From: Acidimicrobiales bacterium
GTDB lineage: Bacteria > Actinomycetota > Acidimicrobiia > Acidimicrobiales > RAAP-2
Direction: 5' to 3'
Assembly: GCA_035534235.1 (NCBI GenBank)
Contig: DATLSH010000079.1
Coordinates: forward strand, 2,640 to 66,639
Length of the DNA stretch: 64,000 bases
The position numbers and the translations under genes are program-made. The notes beneath the pieces are model-generated. The model was not told the origin of the DNA. It worked only from the letters and a program-made list of their open reading frames with translations, and searched no databases. This document shows positions 27,631-36,383 of the stretch, piece by piece; within the stretch, counting starts at the first letter, position 1; each line of letters opens with the position of its first letter.

Positions 27631-28173
27631 GTGACCTTTACCCGGATGGACGAATCGAACGCCGACCAGTGGCAGCACATTGTGGTCGAGACCATGGAGC
27701 ACCAGCCCCGCGTGGCCGATCGCGTGCTGGGCATGCTGGCCTCGCTGGAGGAGATCACCGACGGCTTCGCGGTCGACCAGTTGGTGCACTCCTTGCAGAC
27801 CGCCACCCGGGCCGAGGAGGCCGGAGCCTCCGACGAGGTGGTGGTGGCTTCGCTCTGTCACGACATCGGCAAAGCCGTGTCGGTCTTCAACCACCCTCGC
27901 ATCGCAGCGGAGATCCTGCGCCCCTATGTGGGTGACGACACGTTCCACATGATCCTGGCCCATCAGGACTTCCAGGGCCGGCACTACTACGAGCACCTGG
28001 GGCAGGATCCCAATGCCCGAGACCAGTACCAGGGCGAACCTTGGTACGCCCTGGCCGAGCAATTCGCCGACGAGTGGGACCAGACCAGCTTCGACCCCGA
28101 CTACCCCACCAAGCCGCTCTCGCACTTCGAACCCCTGGTGCGCCAGGTCTTCGGCTCCCTGCACGCCAGTTGA
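27631..28173 (+). CDS. HD-domain metalloprotein (PhnZ/MIOX-like HD subfamily pattern)
   Basis: LVHSLQTATRAEEAGASDEVVVASLCHDIGK...NHPRIAAEIL...ILAHQDF gives H...HD...H...H spacing. Confidence 0.7.
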   Translation: MTFTRMDESNADQWQHIVVETMEHQPRVADRVLGMLASLEEITDGFAVDQLVHSLQTATRAEEAGASDEVVVASLCHDIGKAVSVFNHPRIAAEILRPYVGDDTFHMILAHQDFQGRHYYEHLGQDPNARDQYQGEPWYALAEQFADEWDQTSFDPDYPTKPLSHFEPLVRQVFGSLHAS

Positions 28174-28298
28174 GGCGGCGGGGCGGCCTCGCTGATACCG
28201 CCAGCATCCACACCGACCCGGATCGGGCCCGGCAGGTCATCAGGCGCGCCCGGCAGGACTTCGATCAGCGCTACCCCGGCCTGAAGTTCTCCCCCGTC

Positions 28299-28997
28299 GT
28301 GGGCTTGATCTGCGCCTACCAGGAGGAAGAGAACATCGGCGACGTCCTGGCCAACATGCCCGGTACCGCCTGCGGGCTGGCCCTCACCACCCTGGTGGTC
28401 GTCGACGGGGGTGCTGACGCCACCGACCAGGTCGCCCTGCGTGCGGGTGCGGTCACCTTCGTTCTCGGCGAGAACCTGGGCCACGGCTATGCCCTCCGTG
28501 TGGGCTATGCCCTGGGAATTGAGCTGGGCGCCCAGTTCGTGGTCACCCTCGATGCCGACGGCCAGAACGACCCGACCGAGATCCCCGGCCTCCTCCAGCC
28601 CCTCGTCGACGACGAGGCTGACTTCGTCCTGGCCTCGCGGCGACTGGGCCGGGACACCACCACCGACCTCTTCCGCAAAGCCGGGGTGCGCTTCTTCTCG
28701 CTCGTGATCAGCGCCGTGGGGGGCACCTGGCTGACGGACTCGTCCAACGGGTACCGCGCCCTGCGGGCCACCATGCTCGAGGACGTGACCCACCGCTTGT
28801 CCCAGGCCCAGTACCAGACGGCCGAACTGCTGATGGTGTGCCTGAAGCGGGGCTGGAGGGTGGTCGAGCGCCCCACCGTGTGGCTCCCCCGCTCCTCGGG
28901 CACGTCCAAGAAGGGGAAGAACTACCTCTTCGGGTTGCGCTACGCCCGCGTGGTCCTCACCACGTGGTGGCGGGAGCGGCGTTCGGCCCGGGTCTGA
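28299..28997 (+). CDS. GT2 glycosyltransferase
   Basis: VGLICAYQEEENI...VVVDGGADAT...TLDADGQNDP...SSNGYRA. The start is uncertain. The track ORF begins at 28041 but would overlap the HD gene by 132 nt. GTG 28299 is the first start after that gene. Confidence 0.7.
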   Translation: MGLICAYQEEENIGDVLANMPGTACGLALTTLVVVDGGADATDQVALRAGAVTFVLGENLGHGYALRVGYALGIELGAQFVVTLDADGQNDPTEIPGLLQPLVDDEADFVLASRRLGRDTTTDLFRKAGVRFFSLVISAVGGTWLTDSSNGYRALRATMLEDVTHRLSQAQYQTAELLMVCLKRGWRVVERPTVWLPRSSGTSKKGKNYLFGLRYARVVLTTWWRERRSARV

Positions 28998-29007
28998 GGT
29001 CGAGAGG

Positions 29008-29694
29008 TCAGCTCGGCGATGGCGCGGCCACCGAGGGCGGAGAGGCACCCGACGGGTCCTCGGAAATTGCCACCAGGCCCCGCACGAAGATCGTGAGCAT
29101 CTTGGCGTAGAGATCCTCGGGGCAGCCGTCCGGGTCGTAGAGCTGCTCGAGCGCCACACCGTCCGCCATGGCGAAGAACGCGGTCACGAGTTCGGGGATC
29201 GGCAGGGCTGCCTGGACATCCCAGTTCAGCTCGGCCCCCATGCGCTCCATGGTCTTTCCCACCGCCGCCTTGAGCCGGCGATGGCCCGAGCGCATCGACT
29301 CGTTCCCCGCCGGGAAGCGGGCCGCGTGCAGGGTGTAGTCGAGCATCAGCAGGAACAGGTCGGGATCATTCATCGCCATGAACTGTTGACCGGCCCACGC
29401 CGCCTGCTCGGAGGCGGGTGCCGACCAGTCGACCCGTTCGAGGATCTCGCGCATCCGCCGGTCGTCCGCCCGCTCGATCACCGCTTCGAAGAGGGCATCC
29501 TTGGAGGCGAAGTTCGAGTACACGGCGCCCTTGGTCAGGCCGGCCTCCCAGGCCACGTCGTCGACGCTGGCCGCCACATAGCCCTGGCGGGCGAAGACCT
29601 TGGTGGCCGCCTCTATCAGCGCGTCGCGGGTCGCCGCCTTCTTCTCCTCCCGCCCGGGCCTGGTCCGAGGCCCGGCCTTCGGCGCAGGCTTCAT
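29008..29694 (-). CDS. TetR/AcrR family transcriptional regulator
   Basis: TRDALIEAATKVFARQGYVAASVDDVAWEAGLTKGAVYSNFASKDALF is the TetR HTH. The start is ATG 29694. Confidence 0.85.
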   Translation of the reverse strand: MKPAPKAGPRTRPGREEKKAATRDALIEAATKVFARQGYVAASVDDVAWEAGLTKGAVYSNFASKDALFEAVIERADDRRMREILERVDWSAPASEQAAWAGQQFMAMNDPDLFLLMLDYTLHAARFPAGNESMRSGHRRLKAAVGKTMERMGAELNWDVQAALPIPELVTAFFAMADGVALEQLYDPDGCPEDLYAKMLTIFVRGLVAISEDPSGASPPSVAAPSPS

Positions 29695-29818
29695 ACGCCC
29701 CGGGCTGGCTCTGGCACCGACGCCGCGAGCAGGGTGTCGAGAAGGTGCTCGTAGTCGAGCTCCTTCCTGATCCACTCCTTGGGGTCGTCGGACCCCTCTT
29801 GCACCGGCACGGTAAATA

Positions 29819-29866
29819 ATACTGTTCGGTATGGCATACCAGTTAGTATGTCATACTAGCTAGTAT
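29819..29866. promoter_or_regulatory. array of overlapping palindromes (putative TetR operators) in AT-rich spacer
   Basis: GGTATGgCATACC lies at 29828-29840. TAGTATGtCATACTA lies at 29844-29858. The perfect 14-mer ATACTAGCTAGTAT lies at 29853-29866. All share GTAT/ATAC half-sites and sit about 125-170 bp upstream of the tetR start. Confidence 0.5.
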
Positions 29867-29900
29867 CCGTCAAGCAGGGTCCCGTCCCCGGGAGGGTGGC

Positions 29901-30656
29901 CTACGGGTAACGGCCCGTCTTGGCCTTCGCCTCGTCGTAAACGGCTTGAAGCCGTTCCACCAGATCGGCCGTGGCCGAATGCACGGCGCTGCGGGAGACC
30001 CGGCCACCCCCGGTGCGCGCCGGCGGCGCCATGGCGGGGCCGATCACCACCTGAATGGTGTAGGGCTTGGGGATGGCGCGGCCCTTGGGCATGGCGAGGT
30101 CCGAGGCTCCGATGCCGATGGGAACGATGGGGGCGCCGGTGCGGGCCGACAGGAACGTCGCCCCCTCCATCAGGTCCTCAATGGCCGGGCCCTGGCGCCG
30201 GGTGCCCTCGGGGAACAGCACCAGCACCTGGCCCCGCTCGAGCGCCTCCTCGGCCCTCTGCAGTGCCTCGCGGTCGGCCGACTCGCGGTGCACCGGGAAG
30301 GCACCGACATAGAGCAACAGCTTGCCGAGGAGGTTGCTCTTCCACATGGAGTCCTTGGTCATGAAGAAGAGCTTGCGCTTGGTGCAAAACGACGTGAAGC
30401 CGAAGTCGGCGAAGCTGCGGTGCACGGGGGCCAGGATCACGGGACCGGTGGCGGGGACGTGCTCCCGGCCCACCACCCGGGGGCGGAACCAGATCCTCAT
30501 GAGGACATTGAAGGTGCCCCGCAGGAGGCGATAACCGAGGGTGCGCTTCGGCTCAACGGCGAACTCCTGATGGCGGCCCGGAGCGGGTGCGTGGTGATGG
30601 GCCGCGGCGTCACGGCCGGTGGGGACCGGTTCGGATCCGGGTGTGCTCACAGCCAC
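29901..30656 (-). CDS. plsC: 1-acyl-sn-glycerol-3-phosphate acyltransferase
   Basis: HX4D motif VHRSFAD and the LFPEGTRR block are present. Confidence 0.85.
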   Translation of the reverse strand: MAVSTPGSEPVPTGRDAAAHHHAPAPGRHQEFAVEPKRTLGYRLLRGTFNVLMRIWFRPRVVGREHVPATGPVILAPVHRSFADFGFTSFCTKRKLFFMTKDSMWKSNLLGKLLLYVGAFPVHRESADREALQRAEEALERGQVLVLFPEGTRRQGPAIEDLMEGATFLSARTGAPIVPIGIGASDLAMPKGRAIPKPYTIQVVIGPAMAPPARTGGGRVSRSAVHSATADLVERLQAVYDEAKAKTGRYP

Positions 30657-32581
30657 GAGAGAACCTCCTCGACTACATCCTGCACGCTGCGCCCCGTGGT
30701 ATCGAGCAGGTGGGCATCATCGGCCACCTTCATCGGTGACGCTGACCGGGTGGCATCAATACGGTCCCGGCGGGCCACCCCGTCCGGCGATTCGTCCGCC
30801 CGGCGGCGGGCGCGCTCCTCGAGCGACGCCGTCAGGTACACCTTCACCGCGGCGTCAGGGAAGACGACGGAGCCGATGTCGCGCCCCTCGATCACTCCCC
30901 CGCCCCGGGCCAGGGCCCAGTCCCGCTGGCGCCGCACCAGGTGCCGGCGGACCTCGGAGTTGGCCGCCACCAGGGACACGGCCCGGCCCACCGCGTCTGA
31001 GCGGATGACGTCGGTGACGTCGGTGCCGTCAATGACGACCCGGCCCCCCACCTGAATCTCCGCCTCGGCTGCCAGGGCGGCCACCCCTTCGGGGTCGTCG
31101 GGCGCCACCCCCTGGCTGAGGGCCAGGGCGGCGACCGCGCGGTACATGGCGCCGGTGTCGAGCCGGTCCATCCCGAGGTGCCGGGCCAACGCTTCGGACA
31201 GGGTCGACTTGCCCGCACCGGCCGGCCCGTCAATGGCCACGATGAGCGCCCGTGGCCCGGAAGTGGGTGCGCCGGTCGTGGTGAGCGCGCGGAGATGGTC
31301 GGCAAAGGCGGGATAGCTGGTCTGCACGGCGGAGAATCCCGTGATCAGGCTGTGCTCCCCGAGGGGCGCGGCCAGCCCGGCCACAGTGGCCGCCATGGCC
31401 ATCCGATGGTCGCCCCGGCTGTCGAACCGGGCACCGCGCAGGTACCCCCCGGGGCCGACCCCGGTGACTGCAAGGGTGTCGCCTTGGACCACGGCGGTGC
31501 CTCCGAACGTGATGACCATATCGGTCACTGCGGCCAGCCGGTCGACCTCCTTGACCCGCAGCTCCCCCACACTGTGGAAGACCGTCGTCCCTTCGGCCAT
31601 GGCGGCGGCCACAGCCAGCACCGGCACCTCGTCGAGGGAGGGAATTTCGGCCGCCTCCACCGTGGTCGCCCGCAGCGGTCCGGACACGGAGCGTATGGTG
31701 ACCGTGGTGCCGGTGGCGTCCGGGGTCGCGGTGATCTTCGCCCCCATGCGCTGGAGCACAGCCAGGAAGCCGAGCCGGGCGGGACCGCGGTACACCCGCT
31801 CGACCTCAACGGCACTGCCCTCCACGACGCAGCCCGCCACCACGAAGAAGGCGGCGGCCGACGGATCGGCCGGCACGGTGCGCTCGACCGGTCTGAGGGC
31901 CGACGGGTGCACCGTCACCACCCGGCCCTCACCCCATGCCTCTACGGTCAGGTGGACGCCCGCTTCGGCCAGCATCTCCTCGGTATGCGTCCGTGTGGTC
32001 ACCGGCTCGCGGACGACGGTCGGACCCTCGGCCGAGAGCCCAGCCAACAAGATGGCCGACTTCACCTGGGCGCTGGCCACCGTGGCGGTCCAGTCGATTC
32101 CCCGCAGCCCACCCCCCTTCACCCGCAACGGGGGCAGGCACCGGGGGCCGGCTCCGCGCACGGTGGCTCCCATGAGGGCCAGGGGCTCGGCCACGCGGTC
32201 CATGGGGCGAGCCGAGAGGGACTGGTCTCCCACCAGCTCGGTCTCCCAGCCGAAGCCGGCCACCATCCCGGCCAGGAGCCGCATGGTGGTCCCCGAGTTC
32301 CCGCAGTCCAGCGGACCGGCGGGCTGGTGCAACCGCCCGCGGCCGCCGTGGAGGGCGACGGTCCCTTCGGCCAGCCACTCGACCCGGGCCCCCATGGCTT
32401 CCACCGCGGCGAGGGACGCCGCCACGTCGGCCCCGTCGGAGAGGCCGTGGACGACCGACACCCCTTCGGCCAGGGCACCCAGAAGCACCGACCGGTGGGA
32501 GATGGACTTCTCGCCAGGGGTGCGCACGGTGCCACGGCACGGTGCGCCACCGGGCACCACGAGGATGCGGGGAACCCTCAC
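30647..32581 (-). CDS. aroA-cmk: fused 3-phosphoshikimate 1-carboxyvinyltransferase / cytidylate kinase
   Basis: The N-terminal ~430 aa are EPSP synthase (PGEKSISHRSVLLGALAEG...LDCGNSGTTMRLL). The C-terminal ~210 aa are Cmk (IVAIDGPAGAGKSTLSEALA...DTGAMYR). It is a single uninterrupted 644-codon frame. Confidence 0.85.
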   Translation of the reverse strand: MRVPRILVVPGGAPCRGTVRTPGEKSISHRSVLLGALAEGVSVVHGLSDGADVAASLAAVEAMGARVEWLAEGTVALHGGRGRLHQPAGPLDCGNSGTTMRLLAGMVAGFGWETELVGDQSLSARPMDRVAEPLALMGATVRGAGPRCLPPLRVKGGGLRGIDWTATVASAQVKSAILLAGLSAEGPTVVREPVTTRTHTEEMLAEAGVHLTVEAWGEGRVVTVHPSALRPVERTVPADPSAAAFFVVAGCVVEGSAVEVERVYRGPARLGFLAVLQRMGAKITATPDATGTTVTIRSVSGPLRATTVEAAEIPSLDEVPVLAVAAAMAEGTTVFHSVGELRVKEVDRLAAVTDMVITFGGTAVVQGDTLAVTGVGPGGYLRGARFDSRGDHRMAMAATVAGLAAPLGEHSLITGFSAVQTSYPAFADHLRALTTTGAPTSGPRALIVAIDGPAGAGKSTLSEALARHLGMDRLDTGAMYRAVAALALSQGVAPDDPEGVAALAAEAEIQVGGRVVIDGTDVTDVIRSDAVGRAVSLVAANSEVRRHLVRRQRDWALARGGGVIEGRDIGSVVFPDAAVKVYLTASLEERARRRADESPDGVARRDRIDATRSASPMKVADDAHLLDTTGRSVQDVVEEVLSWL

Positions 32582-33672
32582 GCCATCGGCTCCGCCCGGC
32601 TCCGGTAGCCCCGGGACTCAATGGCGTCGCCCAAGGTCTGGGCCTCGGCCGAGTCCACCACGAGGATGAGGACACCACGGGGCCCCTCCGCCGAGTGGGC
32701 GATTTCAATGTCATAGATCCCGATGCCGGCATCCGCCGCCAGCGACGTGATCTCGGCCAGTACGCCGGGGCGATCGGGCACCGGGATCCGGAGTTCCGAA
32801 AGGTGATCGGGCCGGGCGACTCGCGCCGGCAAATTGCGCCTCGCCGCGCTGGCCTTCTGCAGCACGCCCAGAAGTGCGTCACGGTCCTGACCAGCGACCC
32901 GGTCACGCATCACCGAAAGGTCACTGAGCAGGGAGTTGAGCGCGTGGACGATGGCACCGGCATTCTCGGCGCAGATGTCGGGCCAGATCCCCGGATGCCC
33001 GGCCGCCACCCTGGTCATGTCCCGGAATCCCCCCGCAGCCAGGCGCAATAGGGCGCCGTCCTGCTCGGCACCGGTGGTGGCCGCATTCATCAGGACGGCA
33101 GCCACCAGATGGGGGACATGCGAGACCACGGCCACCAGGCGATCGTGGTCGAACGGGGAGAGCATCAACACATCGGCACCCAGTGAGGCGACCACGCCCC
33201 GCAGCCGATCGAAAGCGCCCAGGTCGGTGGTGCCGGTGGGTGTGAGCACCCAGACGGCCCCTTCGAAGAGACCGGGATCGGCCCCGCGCAGGCCGACCTG
33301 CTCGGAGCCGGCCATCGGGTGACCGCCGATGAAGCGGGGATGATCGGCCGCCTCGACAATGGCCGATTTCACGCCGCTCACATCGGTGACCACCGCGTCA
33401 TTGCGCCGCCCGGGACTGGCCAGCAACTCTTGCACCACCCCGGCCACCACCGTGGCCGGGGTCGCCACGAAGGCCACTTCTGCCGCCAGGTCATCCCCGG
33501 CCGCGTCGATGACCCCGGAGGTGAGCGCCTGCCCCACCCGATCCGGTTGGGCGTCAACTCCCGAGACGTGCCAGCCCCGCCGGCGCAGGGCCAGGGCGAT
33601 GGAGCCACCGATCAGGCCGGTCCCCACGACGAGCGCTCGCCGGCGCGCCCCGGCCTCAGTCGGGGAGATCAT
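32578..33672 (-). CDS. tyrA: prephenate dehydrogenase with C-terminal ACT domain
   Basis: ALVVGTGLIGGSIALAL (NAD fold) ... GGHPMAG ... ACT-like tail. The start ATG 33672 overlaps the aroH end. Confidence 0.85.
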   Translation of the reverse strand: MISPTEAGARRRALVVGTGLIGGSIALALRRRGWHVSGVDAQPDRVGQALTSGVIDAAGDDLAAEVAFVATPATVVAGVVQELLASPGRRNDAVVTDVSGVKSAIVEAADHPRFIGGHPMAGSEQVGLRGADPGLFEGAVWVLTPTGTTDLGAFDRLRGVVASLGADVLMLSPFDHDRLVAVVSHVPHLVAAVLMNAATTGAEQDGALLRLAAGGFRDMTRVAAGHPGIWPDICAENAGAIVHALNSLLSDLSVMRDRVAGQDRDALLGVLQKASAARRNLPARVARPDHLSELRIPVPDRPGVLAEITSLAADAGIGIYDIEIAHSAEGPRGVLILVVDSAEAQTLGDAIESRGYRSRAEPMA

Positions 33673-34030
33673 CGCGGAGCACTTGGGCGCCGTGCAGATA
33701 GACGTGGTGGATCTCGTCCTTGGACTTGCTGCTGTGCACGTGCAGCAGGACACGGATACAGCGCGGCATCGCGCCGGGCACCGCAATCTCGGCCGCGCAC
33801 AAGAGGGGCACCGCCCCGAATCCGATCTCCCGGATGGCGGTGGCCGGGAAGATGCTGGTCACATCGGGCGTCGCCGTGAAGAGAATGCTCACAATGTCCT
33901 CTTCGGCCAGCTCGTTTCGCGTCATGATCTCACGCATGAGCTCCTGGGAACGCTCCGTGACCTGGTCGGCCGTGTCCGCGTCGACCGTGGTAGCCCCGCG
34001 CAGACCCCGGACCATGAGAGCGGCTGCCAT
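33656..34030 (-). CDS. aroH: chorismate mutase, AroH class
   Basis: MVRGLRGATTVDADTADQV...ILFTATPD. It is 124 aa, typical AroH size and motif. Confidence 0.85.
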   Translation of the reverse strand: MAAALMVRGLRGATTVDADTADQVTERSQELMREIMTRNELAEEDIVSILFTATPDVTSIFPATAIREIGFGAVPLLCAAEIAVPGAMPRCIRVLLHVHSSKSKDEIHHVYLHGAQVLRDDLPD

Positions 34031-34109
34031 GGCGGGTCATGCTACCGGTACTGTTCCGATGGCGGGTCAAGGGACCCCGTCACCGGGCGGAACAAGAGGA
34101 GGCAGCACA

Positions 34110-34883
34110 ATGACCAGCCGCACCAACCGATCGGGCACAGACGTGAACCACCTCCGGCGCGGCGTCGTGGTGGCCGTCGCCCTCATGGTGGGAGCCTTCG
34201 GTTTCAACGCCTGCTCCCTGATCAACAAGGTGAAGACGGCGATCCATGACATCAGGGGCAACAAGGCCACCATTGACGCCTTCAACTCCAAGCTGCAATC
34301 GGGTGGGTCGACGACCTTTGAGGCGACCTACGTCACCAGTGGCAGCTCACCGGCCACGGTCGTGTACGCGGTCCAACCTCCCAAGGGGCTGGCCTTTGCA
34401 GACACTCCGACGGGTGGGAGCGGCTCCACGTCACCCGTACACCTGGTGGTGAACCAGTCAGGCGAGTACGCCTGCAACCAACCCTCCGCCTCGGGTACCG
34501 GGTCCAGCACCCAATGGACCTGTGACAAGTTGGGTGCGGCCAGCGCCTCGGTCCAGAACCAGATCTTCGACTTCTACACCCCCTCCCACTGGATCGGCTT
34601 CCTACGCGACTTCTCGTTGGCCGCCGGTTTCGCCGGAGACAAGGTCACGTCGTCGACCATGACGGTCAACGGCTTCGACATGAATTGCGTCGACTTCGTC
34701 GCCGCGGGCGTGCCCGGGAAGAGCACGATCTGCACCACGGCCCAGGGAATTCTCGGGTACGTGAAGGTGGCGAGCGATGCCACCAGCTTTGCGATCAAGT
34801 CCTACACGACGTCTCCTCCGGCTTCGCTCTTCGAACTGCCTCCGGGCGCCAAGGTGACGTCCAACCAGAACGGTTCGGCCTAG
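34110..34883 (+). CDS. secreted / membrane-anchored protein of unknown function
   Basis: ATG 34110 follows AAGAGGAGG. An N-terminal hydrophobic segment ends in GFNAC (imperfect lipobox). The mature part is Ser/Thr/Gly-rich. Confidence 0.6.
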   Translation: MTSRTNRSGTDVNHLRRGVVVAVALMVGAFGFNACSLINKVKTAIHDIRGNKATIDAFNSKLQSGGSTTFEATYVTSGSSPATVVYAVQPPKGLAFADTPTGGSGSTSPVHLVVNQSGEYACNQPSASGTGSSTQWTCDKLGAASASVQNQIFDFYTPSHWIGFLRDFSLAAGFAGDKVTSSTMTVNGFDMNCVDFVAAGVPGKSTICTTAQGILGYVKVASDATSFAIKSYTTSPPASLFELPPGAKVTSNQNGSA

Positions 34884-34940
34884 CGTCGCGGGCACCGGCT
34901 CCTCCGCGCGCGGTCCACGTGGTAGTACGCTTGGCGGTCC

Positions 34941-36368
34941 ATGCCGGACCGTCCATGGCGGATTGAGGAGTCGGTGGTCTTCGCGGCGCTGACCGATGCA
35001 GTCGCGGTGGTTGATGTCCACGGTGAGTTGCTGCAGACGAATCCGGCCTGGCAGAAGATCTTCGGGAATGATGCCGTCGACATCGCCCAGATCACACGGG
35101 AGTGGGACTGGTTCTCCAGCGACGGTGAATCCCTGGCGTTGGCCGATGGGCCATTCTCCGCACCGGCCGGGTCGCGGAGTGTCGGGGACCACACCATCCT
35201 CGGCTGCCGGGGCAAAGAGGACACGGAGATCTCGTGGTTCCACGTCAACAGGACTCCCCTCTTGAACCCGAGCGGAACGTCCTCGCGCCATGTCGTGACC
35301 CTGGCCGTGGCGGCGGACTTCACCCGGCACCTCCACACGTCGCAGATCCTGGCTGAGGCGGCCCGGGAATTCCGCGGGCTCACCGATGTCGCGGCCATCA
35401 CCAAACAGATCACCTCGTACGCCGTGAGGCTCACCGACTTCGACACGGAACAGCCGCGGCGATCGTCGCTGATCCACATTGACCCCACCTACGAGATCGC
35501 CCGGGTCCTCTCCGACCACGACGACGCTGACCCGTCCCTCAGCGGGGTGACCTTTGCCCTGCGCGACCACCCGTGGATAGAGACGACGGTGCGGACCGGG
35601 CTCCCGCTCCGGGCCGAGCTCGACGTCGATCTTCTCGGCCCTACCGTCCGGCCCTACAACGAGGGCATCGGTCTCACCCACGCGGGCTATGTGCCCATCA
35701 TGGTGGACGACACGGTGTACGCCGTCCTGACTATCGGCAGCCGAAAGGGCGACGGAATCAGCACCCTCGACCTGGAGAACACCAGCGCGCTCTGCGAAAT
35801 CGCCAGCCTGGCATTGAGCCGCGCCCAGCTGGTCCAAACGATCCTCGAACAGACCCTGACGGACCCGCTAACCGGATTGCCCAACCGCAGCGGCTTCGAG
35901 AGGCGAACCGCAGATCTCCCCCGCGTGCCCTATGCCGTCATGGCAATCGAGATCGACGACCTTGCCCACGTCAATGCCCGCCATGGGCAAGAGGCGGGCG
36001 ACGAACTGATCCGCCTGGTGGCGAACACCATCTCCGCGCAGCTCCGGCGGGGGGACGTCGTGGCCCGGACCGGAGGTGGCGCCTTGCTGGCCGTGTTCGT
36101 CAATGCCTTCCAGACGGAGATGGCCGTCTTCGCTGATCGCATCGTCTCCGCACTGCACCAGATCTCTTTCGCCGGTCGATCCACTCGGGTGAGTGTCGGA
36201 TGCGCGGGTGGCGCCCCGCAGTCTCCACCGGAGATGGTCATCGCGGCAGCCGGCGCGGCCCTTGGACGAGCCCGGCAGCGGTCAAGGGTCTCGGTGGAGA
36301 TTGAGTCGTCGGTGGTGGAAGCCGCGTTGGCCGGTCGGGAAGAGTCGGTGCTGCGGCACTCCACCTGA
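34941..36368 (+). CDS. PAS-GAF-GGDEF protein with degenerate active site (GGGAL)
   Basis: DPLTGLPNRSGF...IEIDDLAHVNARHGQEAGDELI...RRGDVVARTGGGALLAVF. The RxxD I-site is intact. GGDEF is replaced by GGGAL (36072-36086). Confidence 0.8.
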   Translation: MPDRPWRIEESVVFAALTDAVAVVDVHGELLQTNPAWQKIFGNDAVDIAQITREWDWFSSDGESLALADGPFSAPAGSRSVGDHTILGCRGKEDTEISWFHVNRTPLLNPSGTSSRHVVTLAVAADFTRHLHTSQILAEAAREFRGLTDVAAITKQITSYAVRLTDFDTEQPRRSSLIHIDPTYEIARVLSDHDDADPSLSGVTFALRDHPWIETTVRTGLPLRAELDVDLLGPTVRPYNEGIGLTHAGYVPIMVDDTVYAVLTIGSRKGDGISTLDLENTSALCEIASLALSRAQLVQTILEQTLTDPLTGLPNRSGFERRTADLPRVPYAVMAIEIDDLAHVNARHGQEAGDELIRLVANTISAQLRRGDVVARTGGGALLAVFVNAFQTEMAVFADRIVSALHQISFAGRSTRVSVGCAGGAPQSPPEMVIAAAGAALGRARQRSRVSVEIESSVVEAALAGREESVLRHST

Positions 36369-36383
36369 CCGGCAGCTACCGCG

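Noticed and set aside
34602-35837. 411-aa minus-strand ORF
   Set aside because: It is antisense to the PAS-GAF-GGDEF gene and the secreted-protein gene, and has a shadow-ORF composition.
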